DNA from: a virus
Taxonomy: Duplodnaviria > Heunggongvirae > Uroviricota > Caudoviricetes
Virus record (IMG/VR): IMGVR_UViG_2526164662_000021
Coordinates: 1-64,000 of that record
Direction: 5' to 3' (one strand)
Length of the DNA: 64,000 nt
Both the position numbers and the translations under genes were made by a program. Below, in pieces: positions 8,001 to 18,781 of the stretch (positions within the stretch are counted from its first letter, which is position 1; each line of letters begins with the position of its first letter). Under the pieces are notes generated by a model. That model was not told where the DNA came from. It saw only the letters and a program-made list of their open reading frames with translations, and ran no database searches.

Positions 8001-11000
8001 ACGCGGTCCATATCCCTGATTATTGAGAAGATCGGACGGGCTTTCTCGTGCTCAATCACGCCGTCTTCATTGACCGAGGTCGTTACACCATTGTTGGCTT
8101 TGGCCGCCGCTTCCGCCTGCTGACGCAATTCTTCATACGCCGCCAGTTGTTCTTCAGTAAGTGGTGCATCCTGCTGGTGTTCGTCCAGTTCCGGGATCTC
8201 CACGGTATCCTTAACGTCTTCCGCCGTTTTAAGCGTTGTCCAGCGATGGAATATGCCGCGCAGCGCATCAAGGTTTTCAAAACCCACCAGCGCCATTTTT
8301 TCTTCAACTTCGCCGCTGATTTTCTGTACCGTTTCCAGCCTGGTCTTGCCGAAGAATTTTACGAAGTCATCAGGACTGTAGATCCCCATCTTCTGCCAGT
8401 ATTCCTTCGGCAGAACATGAGAAAGCATGTTGTATGCATCGATCGGGGTGTTAACGACTGGTGTTGCAGTCAGGAGAACCGGTCCGCGCCCGCCATTCTT
8501 TTTCATCAAGTACGCGTTTTTGATTGCCATATCTCGCGCCGATTGCGCCACCGCGCTGGTGGGCAGATAGGCCAGCTGTGACGCTTCGCGACCATTTTTA
8601 TAGCTATTGCGGTAGTTGTGGCCTTCGTCAGCAATCACGCTGTCGAAGCCCATATCCTCAAAGTACGGATACTTCTCTGCTTTTTCGGTACCGGTATCTG
8701 AATACTCCGACAATACCCGGCGACGCGCCGCCTCTTTGCGGTGGGAGTCGGAGTCCATTGCGCTGGCTACGCGCCCGGCGGCAACGAAGTCATAAAGCAT
8801 GTCTTGTGCATGCTCATCTACGGTGTCATCACGTAGCGGAATGCGGGCGTATTGTTCTTTGGTAAACACGACTGCACGGTAATTTGAGTGCGGGATCGCG
8901 TTCATCCGCGCCGTGATAGTGGCTTCATCTGCCAGCTTAAGAGCATCGCGCATAACTGGAGTGCCATCAGTACCAAGAACAGGTTTACCGTTCTCATTGA
9001 GCACCGGCACCTGGCGAATCTGATCGCCATCCATCAGCACATCAAGACCGACGAACAAGTAGTTACTGAATGCCTCTTCACTCAGGAATTCTTTTGCTTC
9101 GTAATACCAATTTTCCAGCACTGATTTAGGCACTACATACGCAGTACGGGTGGAGCGACCGTTCTCATAGTTGAACGCCTCAAGCGCCAGCGCGGTCGTG
9201 GTTTTACCCAGCCCGGTGCCGAAGCCCAGGATGCCGCGCCCATCTTCGGACAGTCGGCGCACCTCGCTATTCTGGTAATCAAATGGCTGGCGCTTACCGC
9301 TTAATCCCTTCAACCCAAGCGGATCGCCAGAGTGTTCATACGGGATATTGCTATTGAACACATCGTTGTATTTGGCAACCAGCTCATCGTAGCGATCGTG
9401 CGTCTTGATCCACTTATTGAACTGGTCCTCAAGCAGTGCCATCTGCTCGCGGTAGCCGTTCGCCGTCGCGCTATCTTTGCCACCGATACGCGCACCATTG
9501 AGATACTTTTCCAGCTGTGCCGGGAACCCGGTCGCGTTTTCACCTGATTTACGGTCCCACTCGTAGCGAATCTCACCTGTTTCTTTATCCTTGCGCTGGA
9601 CGACACCGTATCGGTGCCCGACGAACAGACCATCACCACCGTGATAGGTGTCAGAAACCATTTCGTCGCCTTCCAGCTGCACTGACTGCACATAGCGCAG
9701 ATCCGGATAGCCGTTTTCCTGCAAAAATTCCAGAATGACGGAACGGTCGAACCAACGGCTATTGAGCTTAAACCGGATATTCTCTGCTGGCGTCTTGATG
9801 CGCTTCTCTTCGATAGCTGCCAGCTGATTAAGGACGTTGTTCTTTACTGGACCGTCGGGGAGTGTGGCGAGGAATTCCTGTTTTGGAGCCACTATCTCGT
9901 TAATGTCGCCGCTGGTGGCGCGGGCGAACGGAACAATCCCGCCATACGGTGAAACCGCAATACCAGGGGTGCTGGCCAATAAATTAAGCAACTCTTCATC
10001 ACTGGCTGGCAGTTCGCCGGTAAACGCAAGGCGGAAATCATCGAGCTGGATTGGATCGCGGGTGAGATCGCTATAGAGATAACGCAGGGTGTCCTGATAG
10101 CTGGTGGAGTCATAACTTGCGCTGGAATCATGCGTAACCAGCTTCCCTGTCAGCTCGTCAGAAATAGTGCCATCCAGCTTAATTGCACCACGGAAAGCAA
10201 ACCAGGCGCGCGCACCGCTCCCCGACAATTTCGCTATCGGACCGCGACCGGGGTTACCAAAACGGTCAATCTCTGCCTGCAAACGGGATACCAGAGAAAG
10301 GCGCTGCTGTTCGATTTGTTCAGCACTATGCCCGGCGGCCTTCATGTCCTGATATTCAATTAACATCCGGCCAATCATCGCCCCGCGATACAAGCGTTCA
10401 CGGTATTTTTCAGGCTGGCTGTTAATCCAGTCCACCAGCTGCACCATATCGTCGCTGATTGATGTGGTGTACTTATCGCGGACATTTGCCATCTGGGTAA
10501 ATGTCATGCCGAGACGGCCTTCTGTTGTAGTCAGGTTACGCTGAAGAGCCTCCCAGCTATCCGCGCCATAACTGGCAGCATCGATCTTAAGTTCCTTCCC
10601 GGCATCAGCTTCAATCCAGCGACCACCAGCATATTTTTGCCATACGCCATTAATCAGGCGCATTTCCCCTTCACCAACAACGTCTGCGGTCGGTGACGGT
10701 TCAGCCATATCGAGCAAAGACCAGTCGATACGGCTTTCGAAACGATGAATCAGCTTCGCTTTAAGAGCCTGGTTATCAATCTGACCGTCGGCACGAACCT
10801 CAATACGCCCCTGGAAGCCCTTTTCCTGGGTGCCATGAACAAACCGGCGGCCATCCTTTTCAAACCACTTGCCAGAAATAAACGTTGGCCAAAGCACATT
10901 TGCCGATTCGAGAGTGCTTTCATCCACCAGGGGGATTTTCTCAGCCATCTCTGCCGGATGTTTGCGCATCAGCACCACATCAACAACTGTACTGGTCCCG

Positions 11001-11782
11001 TTTGCGTCAAAAGTACCGGTAGGCAAGCGGTGGGCACCAAGAAATTCAGCTTTCCGTGATAGGCGCAGGCGTAACCGCTTCATGTTTGAACCTGAAACAA
11101 TGGACGGCGGCACAATCACGCACATGAATCCGCCTGGCTTTATCTTGTCCAGCATGCGGAGCATGAAGTAAGAACCCATGTCCGTTTCTTCTGCGTAAGG
11201 CTTATCGATGTTGCGTGTGTTATCACGACCACCGAACGGAACGTTACCCACAACATGGTCGAATGAATCGTTAGGCGTGCTTACAGCCAGTTGTTCGAAC
11301 GGAGAAATCTGTACGCTGTCTTCCGGGTGCAACAGCTGGTTTATACGACCGGAAACACTGCTGATCTCAGTCGCGGTCATCACCGTACCAACCGGTTTTG
11401 TCTCATTAAAAACGCCGGTTCCCGCCGATGGTTCCAGAGTGTTACCTACGTCCGCGCCGTAGAGCTTCATGATCTCCCAGACACCTTCAGCGATCGGCTT
11501 TGGTGTGTAATATTCGGAGACGGACCCGCCAATGCCGCCTTCGCCGGTGTACCCAGCCAGGATCTGGCGCTGTTCATCTGTCAGTGTCGCGCCGTCCACC
11601 AGCGAATTAAGCAAATCTATCGCCTTCTGATTCGCCTCCCGGCGTAGTCGGTCATAGCTTTTGCCTTCCACCTTTTCCACGCCGTATCTAATCGGCGCTC
11701 GGTGAGATGTTATTGCACTAATGTATTTCAATATTTCGCTGACACTTGAACAGCGAAACACCCCCATAGATAGCTTGTTCAT
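5015..11782 (-). CDS. darB: DarB anti-restriction protein (methyltransferase-helicase fusion)
   Basis: 2255 aa; N-terminal MTase-like motif VVGNVPFGG; helicase Walker A GFGTGLGKTT and DEGH box; size matches P1 DarB. Confidence 0.93.
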   Translation of the reverse strand: MNKLSMGVFRCSSVSEILKYISAITSHRAPIRYGVEKVEGKSYDRLRREANQKAIDLLNSLVDGATLTDEQRQILAGYTGEGGIGGSVSEYYTPKPIAEGVWEIMKLYGADVGNTLEPSAGTGVFNETKPVGTVMTATEISSVSGRINQLLHPEDSVQISPFEQLAVSTPNDSFDHVVGNVPFGGRDNTRNIDKPYAEETDMGSYFMLRMLDKIKPGGFMCVIVPPSIVSGSNMKRLRLRLSRKAEFLGAHRLPTGTFDANGTSTVVDVVLMRKHPAEMAEKIPLVDESTLESANVLWPTFISGKWFEKDGRRFVHGTQEKGFQGRIEVRADGQIDNQALKAKLIHRFESRIDWSLLDMAEPSPTADVVGEGEMRLINGVWQKYAGGRWIEADAGKELKIDAASYGADSWEALQRNLTTTEGRLGMTFTQMANVRDKYTTSISDDMVQLVDWINSQPEKYRERLYRGAMIGRMLIEYQDMKAAGHSAEQIEQQRLSLVSRLQAEIDRFGNPGRGPIAKLSGSGARAWFAFRGAIKLDGTISDELTGKLVTHDSSASYDSTSYQDTLRYLYSDLTRDPIQLDDFRLAFTGELPASDEELLNLLASTPGIAVSPYGGIVPFARATSGDINEIVAPKQEFLATLPDGPVKNNVLNQLAAIEEKRIKTPAENIRFKLNSRWFDRSVILEFLQENGYPDLRYVQSVQLEGDEMVSDTYHGGDGLFVGHRYGVVQRKDKETGEIRYEWDRKSGENATGFPAQLEKYLNGARIGGKDSATANGYREQMALLEDQFNKWIKTHDRYDELVAKYNDVFNSNIPYEHSGDPLGLKGLSGKRQPFDYQNSEVRRLSEDGRGILGFGTGLGKTTTALALEAFNYENGRSTRTAYVVPKSVLENWYYEAKEFLSEEAFSNYLFVGLDVLMDGDQIRQVPVLNENGKPVLGTDGTPVMRDALKLADEATITARMNAIPHSNYRAVVFTKEQYARIPLRDDTVDEHAQDMLYDFVAAGRVASAMDSDSHRKEAARRRVLSEYSDTGTEKAEKYPYFEDMGFDSVIADEGHNYRNSYKNGREASQLAYLPTSAVAQSARDMAIKNAYLMKKNGGRGPVLLTATPVVNTPIDAYNMLSHVLPKEYWQKMGIYSPDDFVKFFGKTRLETVQKISGEVEEKMALVGFENLDALRGIFHRWTTLKTAEDVKDTVEIPELDEHQQDAPLTEEQLAAYEELRQQAEAAAKANNGVTTSVNEDGVIEHEKARPIFSIIRDMDRVCTDMDLYYRRITYRFLPEYADAVQQLADSLPKQATSEDDDSDDSITQQSQYSLIDKGEFIQLQVPEAFEQEVNKRLARFGIDEQTVTHPVTPKYAKLIATLKEFFPEGKQIIFTDEKTQHQKLKRIICNALNLEPSKVGILNAQTVAEAGKTGKKLKAVKPPKELPDEPTDAQIAKYNEQMALYDAYIAQQNEMSLGGLEKIAADFQEGRTPIIICNKKAEVGINLHRGTTDIHHLTLPWTPASIAQRNGRGARVGSNRASVRVHYYCGKGSFDEYRLKTLKRKAGWISDILRSDKSEMENADANDMIEMQMYTAKDDGERLAMMQVQMDKAKAAQRARQKEQATIDLQNYIKAQHAAGEDVEVLTAELERSKAELEKTTAEVAKFKQAAMAKAADNADWKARWGSVHHTDRMLLAQYRASLKSAIQRKANISQAISRYEKLLNRTQKAATDIKRLRPLVEDALNKGILDVDPDLVNHASEFLVIGDRSWRVGQYYDCAGDIVRIKSLDFDSQRADVEIIFTFKGTKSGNWDVKTLDKQVDVTPDEDAVMQKISGGVSIAGINDIVSCDDFYRFQQRGMIKITDSYGVQTTESGYSIDFVGTYTDPLKHAVYPDRRDGALKSSIAKWVLGMMSEGNNRQIRSAEAFLVELFGSNYGDVIASYGDTLSPEAIQEKIADAIARMPEKTSQGATRNGDSELEVTNAIFGTNEFRASDYEITTAQFGTIGIYSNKDEIKQAMDAASARIAAERKVNLNHAVAALTQSWVTAIREAATTGKITPAIADVVNDGSKFMDAYKMDAVQLPSAYGQLSYRMTYNLVSMFTDLAILGLVDLNEVTPELLSMRKNHVEILHRINTVLAGRTDEEKQADADRINLALGNITEEEIAARNEKQEELSSIQGDATSIAQSLGLNYRVSTADLKMMYAPKFAAGEVFGLQEASGMKGVLFRAKDAIKAKFGARWLPAKAKNSDFPGNWWIIETKHNVADVLAVIQQYA

Positions 11783-11849
11783 TGGTAATCCTTAACAAGT
11801 GACTAGTGTTAAATTTCCGTTCAAACACGATGCGAATTATTCTAATTAA

Positions 11850-14580
<2,731 letters not shown>

Positions 14581-14591
14581 CCACCAAAAAT

Positions 14592-14613
14592 AACCCCGGC
14601 AGCTGCCGGGGTT
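14592..14613. terminator. Bidirectional terminator between convergent pro and lyz
   Basis: Perfect palindrome AACCCCGGCAG/CTGCCGGGGTT flanked by A/T runs. Confidence 0.6.
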
Positions 14614-14627
14614 CTCGTTAACTATTA

Positions 14628-14879
14628 TCACCTTCGCCTGCGTGCCATATATTTGCGCACCGCGCGGCCTGGACAATCTGAAGCTGTTTCTTTCTGCTGC
14701 ATCAATCTCGCGGCCATGCTCAAAAATGTCAGGCACAGCCGAAGCCCGGCATACAATAGCGGTTCCAGTGGCCACGTCTCATTGAGCACATATACCGCCA
14801 TGAAAATCGAGTCGAAAACTATCGCCGCCAGCGATAACTTCATTGTCGAAAGTCGGCGGAGCTGCCTGAGTTTATTCAT
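14628..14879 (-). CDS. Hypothetical small hydrophobic protein
   Basis: 83-aa ORF overlapping lyz stop by 8 nt; hydrophobic stretches; weak support. Confidence 0.25.
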   Translation of the reverse strand: MNKLRQLRRLSTMKLSLAAIVFDSIFMAVYVLNETWPLEPLLYAGLRLCLTFLSMAARLMQQKETASDCPGRAVRKYMARRRR

Positions 14880-15429
14880 TGACCAGCCCCGTCAGGCAAA
14901 GCTGGCGTTCTTTTTCACGGCGAATCTTTAAACCTCGCAAGGGCACGCCGTTACTGTTCACGAAATCAGGGAGATGGTTACACATATTCACCCATTCCCC
15001 TTTCTGCGCCCACTTGTGGATGGACGTTTCGACTCGCATGCCTCGCGCTTTGCTGTAGTAGGTCCGTAAACTATTGCATCCCATATTGAATGCCGCGCTT
15101 GTCATTGCGCTGAAGGCATTATCGGGCATGTCTTTGCCCCGGAAGTGCTGATTAATACAGCGTTCAGCGATCAGGATATTCTTTTCCCAATCAGCGGCGA
15201 TTTGCTGGTCGTTTTTTCGAACACCCGGTGTAACTCCGTGGGTATTGCCAATCCCGTCAGTCCACACCCCCGCCGGGCACATGTATGGATCACGTCGGCA
15301 ACCTTCAGCGTTTCCGATAAGCTCAAGCCCCGCCTGGTTGGTTCGCACATTGCCATTACCCATCACGATGGTAATCATCACCGCGATAGCGCAAATTGCA
15401 CCGCCTCCTGCGGCTGTTTTTCCCTTCAT
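14872..15429 (-). CDS. lyz: SAR endolysin (T4-lysozyme-like, GH24)
   Basis: 185 aa from ATG at 15429; N-terminal SAR-like segment MKGKTAAGGGAICAIAVMITIV; catalytic region ELIGNAEGCRRDPYMCPAGVWTDGIGNT. Confidence 0.88.
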   Translation of the reverse strand: MKGKTAAGGGAICAIAVMITIVMGNGNVRTNQAGLELIGNAEGCRRDPYMCPAGVWTDGIGNTHGVTPGVRKNDQQIAADWEKNILIAERCINQHFRGKDMPDNAFSAMTSAAFNMGCNSLRTYYSKARGMRVETSIHKWAQKGEWVNMCNHLPDFVNSNGVPLRGLKIRREKERQLCLTGLVNE

Positions 15430-15562
15430 AAAGACCTCATAAGCGAATTTTTTACGCTCCAGGACAAACACCCATTCACAGCCAATACCGACTGACTCGA
15501 TCCCTTTAGAAGGCACAGGATAATGCAAATCACTTGTTAGCTACGTTTCAAAGATATACATT

Positions 15563-15579
15563 ATTGCTCTAATTAATTT
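15563..15579 (+). promoter_or_regulatory. C1 repressor operator-like site (ATTGCTCTAATTAATTT) upstream of ssb
   Basis: Consensus match 20 bp upstream of ssb start. Confidence 0.65.
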
Positions 15580-15598
15580 ATTTTATTAGGTAAGATAA

Positions 15599-16087
15599 GT
15601 GGCACAACGCGGTGTAAACAAAGTCATCCTGATTGGTACCCTGGGGCAAGACCCGGAGATCAGGTATATACCAAATGGCGGAGCGGTCGGAAGACTCAGC
15701 ATCGCAACGAATGAATCATGGCGCGACAAGCAAACGGGCCAACAGAAAGAGCAAACAGAATGGCATAGAGTCGTTTTGTTCGGGAAACTTGCTGAAATTG
15801 CGAGTGAGTATTTACGAAAAGGTTCTCAGGTCTACATCGAAGGGAAACTTAAAACCCGTAAGTGGACAGATGACGCCGGTGTAGAACGTTACACGACGGA
15901 AATTATCGTCAGCCAGGGCGGAACTATGCAAATGATCGGCGCCCGCCGCGACGATTCACAGTCCTCAAATGGCTGGGGGCAATCAAACCAACCTCAAAAC
16001 CACCAGCAATACAGCGGTGGCGGCAAACCTCAGAGCAGCGCCAATAACGAACCTCCAATGGACTTTGACGACGATATTCCGTTTTAG
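15599..16087 (+). CDS. ssb: Single-stranded DNA-binding protein
   Basis: OB-fold N-terminus [19 protein letters not shown], Gly/Gln-rich linker, acidic tail DFDDDIPF; GTG start. Confidence 0.95.
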   Translation: MAQRGVNKVILIGTLGQDPEIRYIPNGGAVGRLSIATNESWRDKQTGQQKEQTEWHRVVLFGKLAEIASEYLRKGSQVYIEGKLKTRKWTDDAGVERYTTEIIVSQGGTMQMIGARRDDSQSSNGWGQSNQPQNHQQYSGGGKPQSSANNEPPMDFDDDIPF

Positions 16088-16127
16088 AGTTAACTTGTGA
16101 GTTATTTGTAAATAGTTCATACACAGG

Positions 16128-16152
16128 CCCCTGTTAATACAGGGGATTTTTA
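16128..16152 (+). terminator. Intrinsic terminator after ssb
   Basis: CCCCTGT-taat-ACAGGGG followed by ATTTTTATTT. Confidence 0.65.
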
Positions 16153-16335
16153 TTTCTAGTAACTATAAGAGGTGTTAATTATTAATTGACAATCTTTAGT
16201 GTTTCGCGCACCTTGCAAGTATCCAATATTTACTGATTGTGGACGCATAAAGAAGATCCACAGCGTTACAAATTTGTATTTCTTTCTTCAGCAATTAAGC
16301 AGGCGACTTGCTCTATCCTGCCCAAAGGAACACGT

Positions 16336-17691
16336 ATGACACACTGCAAAGAAAATACTTGGTATGAGCGTCAAGGGTACAATACCACCCGCCCGAATGA
16401 GATAAGGTCGGAGTATGAACGTGATCTTTCCCGGTTAATCCACTCTTCCGCTTTTAGGAGATTACAATCGAAGACGCAGGTGTTGGGATTGGGCGAAAGC
16501 GATTTCTACCGTACGCGTCTAACTCACTCTATGGAAGTAGCGCAAATTGGCGGCGGTATCTTGTCTCAGTTGTCTAAGCGCGATACAGATGAGGGGGGTA
16601 AATTCTTACCTGACCCAAGCCTGATGCAGGCTATCTGCCTTGCTCATGATATAGGACATCCCCCCTTCGGTCATGGTGGTGAGGTCGCACTAAACTACTG
16701 CATGAGATCCTATGGCGGCTTTGAAGGTAACGGGCAGACACTGCGTATACTCTCCAAACTGGATAAGTACACCGAAACCAATGGGCTGGATCCCACCCGT
16801 AGACTTATTTTAGGCGTACTGAAATATCCAGCAAGCTATTCAGAGGTCGTCAATGAGAGGGCTTACAGCCAGTTACAGCCAAGAAGCAATGAGTGGTTGT
16901 TTAAATCATCCGAATTTAAGCCCCCGAAATGTTACCTGGACTCTGAGGAGAACACTGTTAGATTCGCACTCCAACCTTTTGATAGTGATGATGTTAAGTT
17001 ATTCAAAACGGTAAAATCTACCGCGTTGAATAAGCACAAGGAAACAATATATAAAGCACTGGATACAACGATTATGGACTTGGCTGATGAGATATCCTAC
17101 TCACTCCATGATCTTGAAGACGCAATTTCTCTGAAGATGATCGACAAAAAAATGTGGGAGGAGCACTTCGAGGACAAATCCCATTTATTTGCAGCTTGCC
17201 AATGCGACTCGTTTAATCTAAAAGCCGATGATGTAGCTGAAAAACTGTTCGGCGAAAGTTATCTACGCAAGGAGTGCATAGGGACACTTGTTCATCTGAT
17301 GATCACTAGCGTTAAGCTTGAAGTGCAGAACTCTGATTTCAAAAGTAAAATTTTACGCTATAAAGTGGCACTTCCTGCCGCGGTAGAAGAGTTACGTAAA
17401 GCCATTTTTGAGCTGGTTAGGAACAAAGTTATTCAGCACGAAAACGTCCAACTATTAGAGTTCAAAGGTCAGAAACTGATTGTGGAACTATTCAATGTAC
17501 TGGCAAATGACCCAATACGTTTTCTCCCGACAGAAACTCGAAAGAAATATAATCAAGAGGAAGCAAAAGGTGATGATAAAAAAATGCGCGTCATTTGCGA
17601 CTATGTTTCAGGCATGACAGATGATTACGCTACTCGACTGTATGAGAAAATATTTGTACCGAGAAAAGGCTCTATTTTTGATAGACTCTGA
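16336..17691 (+). CDS. dgt: dGTP triphosphohydrolase-like HD-domain protein (Dgt family)
   Basis: Motifs RTRLTHSMEVAQIGG and HDIGHPPFGHGGE typical of dGTPases; start set at ATG 16336 with AAGGAA RBS; AT-rich islet. Confidence 0.85.
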   Translation: MTHCKENTWYERQGYNTTRPNEIRSEYERDLSRLIHSSAFRRLQSKTQVLGLGESDFYRTRLTHSMEVAQIGGGILSQLSKRDTDEGGKFLPDPSLMQAICLAHDIGHPPFGHGGEVALNYCMRSYGGFEGNGQTLRILSKLDKYTETNGLDPTRRLILGVLKYPASYSEVVNERAYSQLQPRSNEWLFKSSEFKPPKCYLDSEENTVRFALQPFDSDDVKLFKTVKSTALNKHKETIYKALDTTIMDLADEISYSLHDLEDAISLKMIDKKMWEEHFEDKSHLFAACQCDSFNLKADDVAEKLFGESYLRKECIGTLVHLMITSVKLEVQNSDFKSKILRYKVALPAAVEELRKAIFELVRNKVIQHENVQLLEFKGQKLIVELFNVLANDPIRFLPTETRKKYNQEEAKGDDKKMRVICDYVSGMTDDYATRLYEKIFVPRKGSIFDRL

Positions 17692-17858
17692 TTTTTTTCT
17701 ATTATATAGTACGTAGCCGGGTTCCAGAACCGCATAAAATTAGATCTGGATATAATTCATTTAATTATCTGTTATATGCCAAACATAACGATATATAATA
17801 GTGGATTAGATGTTACAACTTGACGCAGAATAAATAGCTTTTATTGGCGCATGATGCA

Positions 17859-17882
17859 AACCCCGCAATGAAGCGGGGTTTT
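17859..17882 (+). terminator. Intrinsic terminator downstream of the dGTPase gene
   Basis: AACCCCGC-aatgaa-GCGGGGTT followed by TT. Confidence 0.55.
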
Positions 17883-17898
17883 AACTGTGGTAAATGAG

Positions 17899-18234
17899 TT
17901 ATAATCTTTTAATCAGGCTCTCAATATTAGTTGGTTCAAAGTAATGCTTATTAACCTCTCCATTTATGAGGAAACCGTCTTTTAGTAGTCGGTCTAGCTC
18001 ACGCTCTGCTTCTTTGTTGAACATACCTGGATATATTCTCTTGTACAACTGAAACGTACCATTCATATTCCTGTAAGCATTCTCAGCAATTTCAATGGAG
18101 ATTTCATTTCCGGCGTTAAATACAGGAATGAATATCTCAAGAATATCATTCTTTAACTTCTGTTTAAGTTTCTTTTTTTCAACAATATTAGAATAAAAGA
18201 TCCTAAAAAAAATGTGCAGATACCAGGAAGCCAA
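17899..18234 (-). CDS. Hypothetical protein (111 aa), convergent with dGTPase
   Basis: AT-rich ORF with TTG start; no motif recognised; may not be coding. Confidence 0.25.
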   Translation of the reverse strand: MASWYLHIFFRIFYSNIVEKKKLKQKLKNDILEIFIPVFNAGNEISIEIAENAYRNMNGTFQLYKRIYPGMFNKEAERELDRLLKDGFLINGEVNKHYFEPTNIESLIKRL

Positions 18235-18472
18235 TTATTAACGAAAACCTCAGACAAAGCGTCCACTATCTTACTCCAGAGTTAAGATTGATTCTCATAA
18301 CGCACAAACTCCGTTCAAGGCGATTTTTATATTACAAACTATACATAAACGCTGATCAATATCTCCAGATTTTGTGTGCCTGTGCATGAATATGCACTAA
18401 TCATAATCGACCAGAACTTCCGTTAATCGCTAAACTCGAACGATTCTAGCCACATAGACGATCTGTTAGTAT

Positions 18473-18781
18473 CTAATATACAAACTGATCCACATGATCA
18501 CCCAAATCATCGTCGTCGTCCTCATCGCCACCCTCTACTGCTGGCCAATCAACAAACCAGCCAGCGTAAAGATGCAGCGTTCGGAGAACATCACTTGCGG
18601 GAGCATCAAGGGTGTTAACGAATCCCATATAGCTATTGGGATTTGCCCCAGCTATGGCTTCAGCGATCATGTCCTCGGTAATGTCACCGGAGATAATGCT
18701 TAAACGCCCGGAAACTTCTTCATTATCATCAAATTCGATAATGGCATCTCCGCCTAATGGCGCTGCGATTTTAATCTGCAT
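18473..18781 (-). CDS. Hypothetical acidic protein at the position of P1 hxr
   Basis: 102-aa ORF overlapping ddrB 3' end; Asp-rich C-terminus; synteny only. Confidence 0.45.
   Translation of the reverse strand: MQIKIAAPLGGDAIIEFDDNEEVSGRLSIISGDITEDMIAEAIAGANPNSYMGFVNTLDAPASDVLRTLHLYAGWFVDWPAVEGGDEDDDDDLGDHVDQFVY

Noticed and set aside
5146-11647. Many 60-180 aa ORFs on the plus strand inside the darB region (for example 8048-8581, 10745-11059)
   Set aside because: All lie antisense within the 2255-aa darB reading frame; typical spurious ORFs
16088-18472. IS1 or any transposase at the P1 IS1 position, or elsewhere in the window
   Set aside because: No transposase-like ORF or terminal inverted repeats recognised; the only recombinases are Cre (tyrosine) and Cin (serine invertase)
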